Shown one piece after another: positions 26,046 through 35,407 of a DNA stretch of 64,000 nucleotides. The DNA comes from Candidatus Saccharimonadota bacterium (lineage in GTDB: Bacteria > Patescibacteriota > Saccharimonadia > Saccharimonadales > Saccharimonadaceae): contig JAFRAU010000036.1 in NCBI GenBank assembly GCA_017405245.1, positions 5,722 through 69,721 on the forward strand, given 5' to 3'. Both the position numbers and the translations under genes were made by a program. Below the pieces are notes generated by a model, which was not told the DNA's origin, searched no databases, and saw nothing but the letters and a program-made list of their open reading frames with translations. Position 1 is the first letter of the stretch. Every line of letters starts with the position of its first letter.

Positions 26046-28727
26046 TTAATTTGAAAAATCTCGTTTCGAGATTTTTTGTTTTGCTTTGCAAAACGCGGCT
26101 CCTCGAATCCAAAGGATAACGGATTCGCCAAACACCTTTGATAAAAATAACTTTGTTAGTTCATCAATAATAAATATAGCGATTACTATTCCGATGCTTA
26201 TCAGTGCATCGGTATTTTTGAGAGCCGCTAGGTTCATGATTCCACCAATAGGAGTAAAGAAAAATATAATTTGAATTAATAGTAAGATTAACATGCTTAT
26301 ATTGAGGTTCTTATTAATAGTTTTATTTTTCCAAATGGGTTTTTCTAAATTGCGACATGAGTAGGCAAAAGCCATTTCAGACAAGACTAATGTTAGAAAC
26401 GCGCAAGTGGTAGACTTTGTTATGAGATAAGAGCATATGACTCCTATCGTTTTAATGATGGCTGATATAATAATTCGAGCGCTTAATGGTTTTGTAAAGA
26501 AAGATTTAGTATTTTTCCGCACTGGTTGATGCATAATGTCATTTGAGCTTTTTTCATAAGCTAACATGATGGCTGGTATTGAGTCGGTGATTAAATTGAC
26601 ATAGAGAAGTTGTATTGGATTGAAGATTTCACCACCGTTTGCACTTACGATGAACATTCCGATAAAGACAATAAGAACCTCTGCTATATTGCCAGTTAGT
26701 AGATATGTTAGTACCTTCTTGATATTGTCGAAAATTTTTCGACCTTCTTCGACGGCAGCTATGATTGTTGAAAAGCTATCGTTCATAAGTATTACGTCGG
26801 CTTCTGCTTTGGCCACATCCGTGCCGGAAATGCCCATGCCGACACCAATATCTGCTGCTTTAAGTGCGGGTGCATCGTTTACACCGTCACCAGTCATGGC
26901 AACAATTTTACCTTTCTTTTTCCATGCGTTAACAATAGAAAGCTTATTCATAGGGCTTACTCTGGCATAGACGGAGTAGTTTTCGACGTTTTGTATTAAT
27001 TCGTCATCGTTCATGTTATCTAATTCTTGCCCAGTGATTACGTTATCGTCGGAGTCAATAATTCCGACATCTTTTGCAACCGCAGAGGCTGTGGTTTTGC
27101 TATCGCCTGTAATCATAATTGGACGTATGCCAGCTGCATTGCAGGCTTTAATGGCGGGTTTTACATCTGGCCTAGGAGAATCAACCATTGCAACGAATCC
27201 TAGGAAAATTAGATTTTGCTCGGTATCCTTATCAATTTTAAGTTCACCAACTAATTCTTTGTATGCAAAGGCGAGAACACGATAGGCTTTGCCAGACTTT
27301 TCTGCCTCTACACCTCTAAGTCTTTCGATTATATCGTTCGTTAATTCATGGCTTTCGCCATTTTCTAAAATTTTATGACACTTGGCAATAATAGAATCGA
27401 AACTTCCTTTACTCCAAATGAAGAATTGCTCAAAATCCGTCATTTTATTTACTGTGGTCATCATTTTGCGTTCAGAATCAAATGGTATTTCGCCGATGCG
27501 TGGATTATGGTCTCGAAACTTATCAAGGTCATAATAATCTTCTAGACACTCATATAACGCAATTTCGGTAGGGTCTCCAATGTATTTTTGGTGATTTTTT
27601 TCTGCATCGTTGGCTAACATCATAGCAAAGAAGAGCGGGTTGGTTTTATCTAACTCGTCGACTGAGACGGTTTTGCCATTATAGTATAGTTCGCGGATGC
27701 GCATCTTGTTTTCGGTGATAGTGCCCGTTTTGTCTGAACAAATTATCTCGGTTGAACCTAGGGTTTCTACACTTGATAAGACTCTTATGATGGCACGTTT
27801 TCTTGCCATGTCTCGGACACCAATTGACATTATGATTGTGATTATTGCAGAGAGCCCTTCTGGTATTGCGGCCACGGCCAGTGATACGGCAAGCATTAAG
27901 GCTTCCATAAGTGGTTGGCCTCGTAATAAACCTATAATTAACATGATAAGAATGATTATGAAAATAATGATAGATAACACCTTGCTAATGTCGTTGATTT
28001 TTTGTTGTAAGGGTGTAACTTCTTTCTTAACGGTTTGGAGACTATCTGCAATCAAGCCAATTTGTGTGGCCATTCCAGTGACGCATACAACCGCTTGTGC
28101 GCGGCCACTTACCACGCTCGTACCTGAGTAAACCATATTATTACGTTGAGATAAAGGCGTGTCTGTTTTTAGAGCGCTGAGTGCTTTTATTGCTGGGACT
28201 GATTCGCCTGTTAAGGCTGACTCGTCAACTTGGAGCGACGTTTGCCAGATTAGTCTAGCGTCTGCTGGAACACTATCTCCGGCTTCTAGGAGTATTATGT
28301 CGCCAGGAACTATATCTGCGCTTGGGACTTCAATGGTCTCACCGTCTCTTTTGACCTTGACTAAACTTACTTGCATTTTTGATAAGGCATTGACGGCCTC
28401 GTTTGCTTTTTCTTCTTGGAAGTAGCCAAGTAGTGCGTTTAATATAACGATAGCGATAATGGCAATAGAATCGAGAAATGATTCATGATTAAGTATTGAA
28501 ATTACTAATGATATTGTGGCGGCTGCAAGTAATATGCCAACCATTAAGTTTTTAAATTGATCTATGAATTTCCATAGCTTTGAACGAGGATGTAAGTTTT
28601 TTAGTGTATTTGTGCCGTGAACTTTTAGCCTAGCTTCTGCTTCTTGGCTCGAAAGCCCATCGTGACTGGTGTCTAGTAGTTCTAAGGCTTCGTTGATATT
28701 TAAGTGATGATATTTTAGCTGCGTCAT
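26046..28727 (-). CDS. P-type cation-transporting ATPase (P2/Ca2+-type)
   Basis: LTGES, IPEGL, CSDKTGTITENKM (phosphorylation site), TGDGVNDAPALK. I prefer the start at MTQLKYHHLNINEALELL (28727) over the upstream in-frame ATG at 28808. Confidence 0.9.
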   Translation of the reverse strand: MTQLKYHHLNINEALELLDTSHDGLSSQEAEARLKVHGTNTLKNLHPRSKLWKFIDQFKNLMVGILLAAATISLVISILNHESFLDSIAIIAIVILNALLGYFQEEKANEAVNALSKMQVSLVKVKRDGETIEVPSADIVPGDIILLEAGDSVPADARLIWQTSLQVDESALTGESVPAIKALSALKTDTPLSQRNNMVYSGTSVVSGRAQAVVCVTGMATQIGLIADSLQTVKKEVTPLQQKINDISKVLSIIIFIIILIMLIIGLLRGQPLMEALMLAVSLAVAAIPEGLSAIITIIMSIGVRDMARKRAIIRVLSSVETLGSTEIICSDKTGTITENKMRIRELYYNGKTVSVDELDKTNPLFFAMMLANDAEKNHQKYIGDPTEIALYECLEDYYDLDKFRDHNPRIGEIPFDSERKMMTTVNKMTDFEQFFIWSKGSFDSIIAKCHKILENGESHELTNDIIERLRGVEAEKSGKAYRVLAFAYKELVGELKIDKDTEQNLIFLGFVAMVDSPRPDVKPAIKACNAAGIRPIMITGDSKTTASAVAKDVGIIDSDDNVITGQELDNMNDDELIQNVENYSVYARVSPMNKLSIVNAWKKKGKIVAMTGDGVNDAPALKAADIGVGMGISGTDVAKAEADVILMNDSFSTIIAAVEEGRKIFDNIKKVLTYLLTGNIAEVLIVFIGMFIVSANGGEIFNPIQLLYVNLITDSIPAIMLAYEKSSNDIMHQPVRKNTKSFFTKPLSARIIISAIIKTIGVICSYLITKSTTCAFLTLVLSEMAFAYSCRNLEKPIWKNKTINKNLNISMLILLLIQIIFFFTPIGGIMNLAALKNTDALISIGIVIAIFIIDELTKLFLSKVFGESVILWIRGAAFCKAKQKISKRDFSN
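26054..26076. terminator. Bidirectional hairpin between tRNA-Asp and the ATPase gene
   Basis: AAAAATCTCG-ttt-CGAGATTTTT. It lies inside the last codons of the minus-strand ATPase ORF. Confidence 0.6.
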
Positions 28728-28931
28728 GTTGCTTTTTATTGTGTTGATATTAACGCGAGCTTCCCATAAAACAAATGGAGCACTCGCTTGGAGTGCTTTA
28801 TGTTCCATTTCTGCAATCTAGCGGTTGAGCTGGACCGGAGCGAGTGCTCCATTTTGTAGCTCAACTCATCAACTACTCGTCCATTGTAGACTAGATAACA
28901 GGTTGGAACATAAAGCAATTTAATTATAGCA
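28728..28931 (-). promoter_or_regulatory. ATPase promoter and roughly 190-nt structured leader
   Basis: On the minus strand: TTATCA, 17-nt spacer, TGcTATAAT (forward 28923-28931). The leader holds a nested hairpin GTTGAGCT...(GGAGC-actc-GCTCC)...AGCTCAAC and a second hairpin CATAAAGCACTC-caagc-GAGTGCTCCATTTGTTTTATG. Confidence 0.45.
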
Positions 28932-28957
28932 TTATTTAAATAAAATGATAAGTAGTA

Positions 28958-29626
28958 TCATAGTTTATGATCTGCTATCTCTAAGCCAGTATGGTCTTGA
29001 CCGTCTATTAGGTTGACTGGTTGCCCTGTGTCTTTATCGGTTACCCAGATGCCTCGGACGTTGTCTTTTGTAACATACCCACTTTCTGCGGCTGATTTGT
29101 TTGCTTCAATAACAAGGTCGGCTTTTTCGTGTACTCGACTATTACCATTGTACCAGTATACGCTTGCATCAACTGTGCCAAAGCCATTTTTGCCCGGCTT
29201 GTCTAGGGCGCCTGCTGCTTCGCGCGCATTTCTGACAAAACCCATAGCCATTAAATCTGTAATTGCAGCCGTTCCGACGTGACGATAGACGCTGTCGTCG
29301 CTCATTGGTAAATTGCCACTTTTAAAAAACAGCCCTTTGCCATGAACGTTAGGATTGCCATTTTTCTGGGTGGCTTGTTGCAAAGCTGGCTGATTTATTT
29401 TTACATTGTTCCATTCCGCCGTGAGCTCGATAAGCTCGGTGTTTGACAAACGTCTAATTCTATTATGGTTATCTGCTGTATTTGCTATCTTGGACTCATT
29501 TGGATTCGCATTTGCAGCTACTTGTTTATCGCCTGCAAATGGTACTTCCGATAAACTTTCCCAGCCAGTATTAGTGTTGTTCTGGTTTGAGATATTTTCT
29601 GGGTTAGCATTTAGTCTCTCGCTCAT
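28958..29626 (-). CDS. Hypothetical protein (222 aa), no recognisable domain
   Basis: Long ORF with a GGAGGA ribosome-binding site on the minus strand (forward TTCCTCC at 29630-29636). Asn/Gln-rich N-terminus. No signal peptide or TM seen. Confidence 0.5.
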   Translation of the reverse strand: MSERLNANPENISNQNNTNTGWESLSEVPFAGDKQVAANANPNESKIANTADNHNRIRRLSNTELIELTAEWNNVKINQPALQQATQKNGNPNVHGKGLFFKSGNLPMSDDSVYRHVGTAAITDLMAMGFVRNAREAAGALDKPGKNGFGTVDASVYWYNGNSRVHEKADLVIEANKSAAESGYVTKDNVRGIWVTDKDTGQPVNLIDGQDHTGLEIADHKL

Positions 29627-29709
29627 ATTCCTCCTTATAGATTAATTGTAAAAATGAAACATAAAGCCAATTTAATTATATATCAGAATTTGAGTGATTG
29701 CAATAAAAA

Positions 29710-29785
29710 TGGAGCCGTTGGCAGGGATCGAACCTGTGACCTGCTCGTTACGAATGAGCTGCTCTACCAACTGAGCTACAACGGC
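29710..29785 (-). tRNA. tRNA-Thr (CGT), CCA encoded
   Basis: Reverse complement GCCGTTGTAGCTCAGTTGGTAGAGCAGCTCATTCGTAACGAGCAGGTCACAGGTTCGATCCCTGCCAACGGCTCCA. There is an A-C mismatch closing the anticodon stem. Confidence 0.85.
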
Positions 29786-29857
29786 ATCTTATAGTATTAT
29801 ACCATGAAATGTACTCTTTTAGAAAATTCACAACACTGTATTTCCAGTAATCGCTTT

Positions 29858-30424
29858 TTATTTCAGGATGACGCTGAAAACGCCAAAGGAGATGGCGAGC
29901 ATGATGGCACCGGCAAGTAGAACGCCACACATAATGGCAATGGTAGTCTTCTTGAAATCTAAATCTAGAAGGGAAGCGGCGAGTGTGCCTGTCCAGACGC
30001 CTGTTCCTGGGAGAGGAATACCAACGAAGAGAAAGAGTGCAAAATAAATACTATCACCAGTTTTCTTTTGGAGTTTTTTGCCTGCTTTTTCTCCTTTTTT
30101 AAGACAAAAATCACAGAATTTTTTGAGTGGTTTCCAGGTTGTTCTAGTGGGCTTTGATTTCTCGTTTTCCTCAGCGCTAGGGGTATTTTTGGAGGCTTCT
30201 TCCGGTTTTTTGTCTTTTTCAGTTTTACCAGCGCCCCACTCTAAGAATTTACGGGAAAATTTATAAATAAATGGTACAGGAATAAGGTTGCCGATGACAG
30301 CAATAATAAGTGCTAAAAGCTCTGGGACACCTAGTCCGACACCGATAGGAATAGCTCCACGAAGTTCAATGATTGGTACCATGGAAACTAAAAGAGTAAT
30401 GATTGAAGCTAGAAATATGTTCAT
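29858..30424 (-). CDS. Small multidrug-export-like membrane protein (COG2426 type) with a Lys/Glu-rich loop insertion
   Basis: PIIELRGAIPIGVGLG motif and hydrophobic N- and C-terminal halves. Confidence 0.55.
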   Translation of the reverse strand: MNIFLASIITLLVSMVPIIELRGAIPIGVGLGVPELLALIIAVIGNLIPVPFIYKFSRKFLEWGAGKTEKDKKPEEASKNTPSAEENEKSKPTRTTWKPLKKFCDFCLKKGEKAGKKLQKKTGDSIYFALFLFVGIPLPGTGVWTGTLAASLLDLDFKKTTIAIMCGVLLAGAIMLAISFGVFSVILK

Positions 30425-30460
30425 GATTGTTCTCGATTATTTTTAATATAGAGCGGAAAA

Positions 30461-32548
30461 TTAGTTATTAGTGGAGCTAGAAACGCTACTGGCACTGGCG
30501 CCGTTTAGGACGGCTTTGATTTTGTTTTTGGCGATATTAATAGTATTCGCATCTGGGAACATGACTGAGAGAGTTTGGTTTGGATAACTATATGTGTAAG
30601 CGCCACCGGTGGTGCCGTTTAGGTTATAGGTTTCTATTGTCCATTTAGCCATATCATTTAGTTGCATATTAACGAGGCTGGTAATGTCGCTAGTGGTGAG
30701 GCTAGTCTCAAATGAACCAGAGAGAGCTTTCAAAATTTCGGAATATTTACTAATTAAAGTAGTGCTACTGCTGATTTTGTCAAAGATTTTTTCAATAACT
30801 TGCTCCTGATTTTCGCCACGATGACGATCGCCGGAACTATATGCATAACGCTCACGAGCGAAAGCTAGTGCGCAGTCACCGTCTAGGTTATTGAGGCCAG
30901 GATTGATGACGCATGAATTATTAGTATGACAATGGAAGGAATAATCCACATCAGAATTGACTGTGATGCCGCCTATGGCATTAACAAGACCAATAACGGC
31001 ATTGAAATTGACTCTGAGGTATTGCTCAATGTTAATGTCTAGAAGGTCGTCAATAGTTGCCATGGAAAGCGCTAATCCACCAAGAGAGCCGGCATGGGTG
31101 AGCTTGTCTGGAAGACCAGAAGTGCCATGTAATTGAACGTAGTAGTCGCGTGGGATAGCTACCATTAAGATATGCTTGCTGGTAGGATTGACGGTCATGA
31201 CAATGTTAACGTCACTCAAACTTCTGTCTACCATCATGCCGGAACGTGTGTCAATTCCGGAGATATACATAATCCAAGCGTCTTTTGTAATGTTGGCTGT
31301 ACTAGTGCGAGTGTTTTGTTCTACTGGAACTTTAATTTCGCCAATGATTTTGAGGCTGTTTTTGTAGACTTGCTCTTTGTCGGCATCTGCGTCAGTAGTA
31401 GCATCCCAGGTACCAGCATTAAGGAGGGAAATATAAGTAGGGTCCTTAATAGAGCTTTGAAGCATAGAAGTGATGCCATCGGCATAAACTACTGTACCAC
31501 TCACCTGCTCGCTGACTGCTTTTTCTAATTTTTGAGTGTCAATGAAATCTGAAATACTGTGGAATTCCATACCCTTGACGTCGTCTAGGCTGTTGTAGCT
31601 TGATTTTTTGCTGACGATAACGTCATAAACACTATACTCAATATCAGAACCGCCAAGATTGTTGTCTAGGAAGCTGAGAAGCTCGTTGAATTTGACAAAG
31701 CCAAAGATGCTGGCGATGGAGAGGGCTACGCCAAGGATATTAAGAATGGTAAGAACAGAGAGGTGAGTTTTTTTGCGAAAAGACTTGAACAGATAGAATC
31801 CGGAAAAGAGAATGCCGACGCCTATAATGATGGCAACGTATTTAAATGGAATGGCATTAGAAAGGGAAGCATAAGTGATGAACGTACCAAGTGCGATAGT
31901 GGTAATGATGGCTAGGATGCGACTAATAATACGGTAAGGCTTAGCTTTTTTTGGTAATTTATCCATTTTTCTGCCTTTTTTAGAACTTGTTACTGATTCT
32001 TTTTCGTCAGATTTAGTTTTTGAGGCGACGTCATTAATTAGGTCTTCAATATCTTCATCTTCTACTTTTTCCGTGGCGACTTCTTTGATGGTGATTTCTG
32101 CTGCTTCTGCCGCTTCTGCTTCTGGCTCTGATTCTGTCTCCGTCTCTGTTTCTGGCTCGGAGATGTGGGTGTTATTTTGGCCGGCAGGAGTAGACTTCCG
32201 GTCTTCTGAGGTGTCATCAGTAAAGTCACCCTCGGTTACGATGACGGTAGTTTTTTCGACGGAGACGGGGACATCTTCTACGGCAGAAACTGGAACGTCT
32301 TCTGCTCTGTAATCTTTGGGATCTTTTGGAACGTCATCATAGTCGGCATTGGCGAAGCCATCAATAGCATCTTCAAGAGAAGATGGATCTAGGGAAGAAT
32401 TGGATGATTGTTCTTCCGAAACAACAACGTCTTTTAAGAAAGCTGCCTCTACGTCTGACGGACGGTCATGTTTTTTGGTGGGCTTTTTAAAGCCGTCGAT
32501 ATTCTTGGCACGTGCTTTACGTGTCGGTTTACTATTCTTTGTCGCCAT
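30461..32548 (-). CDS. LCP (LytR-CpsA-Psr) family glycopolymer ligase with a long disordered cytoplasmic N-terminus
   Basis: ISGIDTRSG...NIVMTVNPTSKHILMVAIPRDYYV...DKLTHA blocks of the LCP domain. TM segments at about aa 205-290. Confidence 0.8.
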   Translation of the reverse strand: MATKNSKPTRKARAKNIDGFKKPTKKHDRPSDVEAAFLKDVVVSEEQSSNSSLDPSSLEDAIDGFANADYDDVPKDPKDYRAEDVPVSAVEDVPVSVEKTTVIVTEGDFTDDTSEDRKSTPAGQNNTHISEPETETETESEPEAEAAEAAEITIKEVATEKVEDEDIEDLINDVASKTKSDEKESVTSSKKGRKMDKLPKKAKPYRIISRILAIITTIALGTFITYASLSNAIPFKYVAIIIGVGILFSGFYLFKSFRKKTHLSVLTILNILGVALSIASIFGFVKFNELLSFLDNNLGGSDIEYSVYDVIVSKKSSYNSLDDVKGMEFHSISDFIDTQKLEKAVSEQVSGTVVYADGITSMLQSSIKDPTYISLLNAGTWDATTDADADKEQVYKNSLKIIGEIKVPVEQNTRTSTANITKDAWIMYISGIDTRSGMMVDRSLSDVNIVMTVNPTSKHILMVAIPRDYYVQLHGTSGLPDKLTHAGSLGGLALSMATIDDLLDINIEQYLRVNFNAVIGLVNAIGGITVNSDVDYSFHCHTNNSCVINPGLNNLDGDCALAFARERYAYSSGDRHRGENQEQVIEKIFDKISSSTTLISKYSEILKALSGSFETSLTTSDITSLVNMQLNDMAKWTIETYNLNGTTGGAYTYSYPNQTLSVMFPDANTINIAKNKIKAVLNGASASSVSSSTNN

Positions 32549-32662
32549 AAAAATCTCCGTTAACTATATCTATTATATCATAGAATAAATATAAGTGATA
32601 TGAGAAATAACGCTTATTTTTAGTTGACTATTTTAGGGTTTCGGTGTATAATATAGAGAAAT

Positions 32663-33280
32663 ATGCTGGTGTATAAATTTTTTAAGAGACTATTTGACAT
32701 TTTCGTTGGGCTTCTTGGGTTGATTATTTTGGTGCCAGTGACTATGATAATTAAAATTGCGTATGTGTGTACAGGGGATTATCATCGAATTATTTATGGA
32801 CAGACGAGAGTAGGGAAAGAGGGGAAAGAATTTAGGATATATAAGTTTAGATCGATGGTTTGGAATGCAGACGAGGAATTACAAACACTGTTAAAAAAGA
32901 AGAAATATAGAGAACAATGGGAAAGATACCAAAAGATTGATAATGACCCAAGAATAACGAAGGTAGGGAAGATAATTAGAAGCGGTTCGATTGATGAGAT
33001 GCCGCAATTTTTGAATGTTTTTTTAGGGCAAATGTCACTGATTGGGCCAAGGCCGTTGATTCCAGGTGAACTGAAAGCTCACAAAGGAGATCCTAAGAAG
33101 TATTATGCGGTAAGACCTGGGATAACAGGTTATTGGACGACGCGAGGCAGGAGTGACGTAGATTATGAGGATAGATTGAAGATGGAATATTACTACGTTG
33201 ATAATCAGAGCTTTGCACTAGATATAAAAATTTTCTTTCGGACTATTAAAGCAGTATTTCGTAAAGACGGCGCAAAGTAG
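32663..33280 (+). CDS. Undecaprenyl-phosphate sugar phosphotransferase (bacterial sugar transferase family)
   Basis: DEMPQFLNVFLGQMSLIGPRP and RPGITGYW motifs. Confidence 0.85.
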   Translation: MLVYKFFKRLFDIFVGLLGLIILVPVTMIIKIAYVCTGDYHRIIYGQTRVGKEGKEFRIYKFRSMVWNADEELQTLLKKKKYREQWERYQKIDNDPRITKVGKIIRSGSIDEMPQFLNVFLGQMSLIGPRPLIPGELKAHKGDPKKYYAVRPGITGYWTTRGRSDVDYEDRLKMEYYYVDNQSFALDIKIFFRTIKAVFRKDGAK

Positions 33281-33331
33281 AGTTGTGGACTCGCGATGGA
33301 GCTTGGCTCGTGAGGTAAATTTTGCTGATCA

Positions 33332-33397
33332 ATGCTTATTCTGAATGATTATGCTTTGTTGGCGTTAAATGCTTATTGTGATGTTTATAATGCTTAT
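33332..33397 (+). repeat. Cluster of ATGCTTAT-type direct repeats upstream of the GT2 gene promoter
   Basis: ATGCTTAT at 33332, 33369 and 33390, with variants ATGCTTTG at 33351 and ATGTTTAT at 33381. Followed by TTGCAA, 17-nt spacer, TATAAT (33404-33432). Confidence 0.6.
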
Positions 33398-33440
33398 GTT
33401 TTGTTGCAAAAAAATTGATTTTGCGTTATAATAAGTAACA

Positions 33441-34409
33441 ATGAAGGTCAGTTCTACGAGTAACGCTAGTGTAACTGTTGTTTGTCCACTTTTTAATGCG
33501 GAAGAAATGGTGCTAGATTTTGATAGGAGCTTACGTAAACAGAAAGGAGTACGGCTGACTGAGGTGCGGTATGTACTGACGGAAAGTAGTGACCACACAA
33601 AGGATTTACTTGATGCGGCAGAGATTAGATATAAGCATATTCCGAGAAGTGATTTTTCTCATAGTCTAGTTAGAGAAGAAGAGGCAATGGAAGCTAGGGG
33701 GAAGGTGATAGTATTTTTGACACAAGACGTAGTGATAAAGGACGAGGATTTTTTGGCAAAATTGATAGCGCCAATTATATCTGGTGAAGCACAGGCGACT
33801 TACGCAAGGCAGAAGACTAAATATGATAATATCGAAAAATATACAAGAAAGCATAATTATCCTGCAAAATCTTTTACGGTATCTAAGGATGACATCAAGA
33901 AACGTGGACTTAAAACATTTTTCTTTTCTGATGCGGCAGGGGCGGTAGATGCGAGTGTATTTAGAAGACTAAAAGGATATGACGGAAAAAATTTGCCGAT
34001 ATCGGAAGATATGTATTTTGCGTATAAATTGATTACTCATGGTGGAAAGATTAAATATGTGGCCGATGCAGTAGTATATCATTCGCATAAGTTCAAGCTG
34101 GGGGAGTTGTATGATAGATATAAGCTGACTGGTGAGTTCATGAAGCAAAATCCAGAAATTGCAGAACATGGTATAACGTCTGCTGGTGGGGGGATGGCGA
34201 AGTCGATTTTGCGTGATGCAGTAAAAGATAAGAATCTAAAAGTACTAGGTGCATATGTACCGAACATGGCAGCAAGATATATGGGGATGACGAGCGGAAA
34301 AGTTTTTGGCAGGAAGGGAAATAAGACGGACACAACTACATATTCCGAGAAAGAAGTTGAAAGGCAGAGGGGAAGAAGGTATATGTTTATGCGGAAGGGG
34401 GTGAGATGA
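33441..34409 (+). CDS. Glycosyltransferase family 2
   Basis: N-terminal VTVVCPLFNAE and FSDAAGAV blocks. In the polysaccharide cluster. Confidence 0.65.
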   Translation: MKVSSTSNASVTVVCPLFNAEEMVLDFDRSLRKQKGVRLTEVRYVLTESSDHTKDLLDAAEIRYKHIPRSDFSHSLVREEEAMEARGKVIVFLTQDVVIKDEDFLAKLIAPIISGEAQATYARQKTKYDNIEKYTRKHNYPAKSFTVSKDDIKKRGLKTFFFSDAAGAVDASVFRRLKGYDGKNLPISEDMYFAYKLITHGGKIKYVADAVVYHSHKFKLGELYDRYKLTGEFMKQNPEIAEHGITSAGGGMAKSILRDAVKDKNLKVLGAYVPNMAARYMGMTSGKVFGRKGNKTDTTTYSEKEVERQRGRRYMFMRKGVR

Positions 34410-35407
34410 GGGAAGAGAAGCGTGAGCCTTTGGTTAGCGTGATAGTGCCGGTGTATAATGTCGAGAAATATCTACGGAGATGCCTAGATTCTATTATTGA
34501 ACAGACATACAAGAATATTGAAATAATTTTGGTGGATGATGGGTCTACGGACAAAAGTGGGGAAATATGCGATGAGTATAAGAAGAAGGATGAGCGCATT
34601 ACAGTAATCCATCAATTGAATAATGGCGTGTCTGAGACTAGAAATGTTGGAATTAGAAACTCGTCTGGCGAGTATATTATGTTTATAGATTCAGATGATT
34701 TTGTGTTAAGAAAATATGTACGCGCGTTGGTTGATGCAGTGATTAGTTCCGAGGCGGAGGTAGCACAGTGCGAGGTTGCTATTATTAGAGAAAATGAAAC
34801 TGCTAAGCGGCTTGAACGTGATATAACAAAGAGCCAAATTCGAATTATAGATGGATTAGAAGCTGTAAAGATGATGCTGTATCAGGACACAATTACTAGC
34901 TCTTTGTGGGGAAAAATAATCAAGAAATCATTATTTAATCATGTAAATTTTCCAAAGGTGAATATGCATGAGGACTTGTATGTTTTATATTTTTTGCTGA
35001 AAAAAGCTAAGAGAGTGGTAATTATAAATAAAGTGTTGTATGTGTATATGCTTCGTAAAAATAGTCTGATCCATTCTGATTTTTCAAAGTCTACATTAGA
35101 CGTTCTAGACATAATGGAAGAAATCGAGGCTGATATTAAGGCAAACTCACTGCCGCTTGAAGGAGCTGTCAATAGCAGAAAAGTAAATGCTTGTTTTTTT
35201 ATACTTAGGCAATTGCCGGGTAAGAATGAAAAGTTAGAGAAGAGACTCATGGAAGAAGTGAAAAGATTACGTCGTATTGTTCTAGCTGATTCAATGGTAA
35301 GGAAGAAGACGAAAGTAGGTTTAGTTTTGTCGTATTTTGGTATGCCAGTAGTCAAAGTGGTATATGGGCTACTAAATCGAACTTATAGCATGAGGAGTGT
35401 CCAGTAA
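34406..35407 (+). CDS. Glycosyltransferase family 2
   Basis: VSVIVPVYNVEKYLRRCLDSIIEQTYKNIEIILVDDGSTD and FIDSDD (DxD) motifs. Confidence 0.85.
   Translation: MREEKREPLVSVIVPVYNVEKYLRRCLDSIIEQTYKNIEIILVDDGSTDKSGEICDEYKKKDERITVIHQLNNGVSETRNVGIRNSSGEYIMFIDSDDFVLRKYVRALVDAVISSEAEVAQCEVAIIRENETAKRLERDITKSQIRIIDGLEAVKMMLYQDTITSSLWGKIIKKSLFNHVNFPKVNMHEDLYVLYFLLKKAKRVVIINKVLYVYMLRKNSLIHSDFSKSTLDVLDIMEEIEADIKANSLPLEGAVNSRKVNACFFILRQLPGKNEKLEKRLMEEVKRLRRIVLADSMVRKKTKVGLVLSYFGMPVVKVVYGLLNRTYSMRSVQ

Noticed and set aside
28728-28808. 27-codon N-terminal extension of the ATPase ORF
   Set aside because: P-type ATPase homology begins at MTQLKYHHLNINEALELL. The extension overlaps predicted leader hairpins. 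It is kept only as a possible upstream or attenuator ORF.
28775-28850. CIRCE-like half-sites (GAGCACTC / GAGTGCT) in the ATPase leader
   Set aside because: The spacing is N5 rather than the N9 of true CIRCE, and the terminal TTA/TAA are missing. RNA hairpins explain them better than HrcA operators do.
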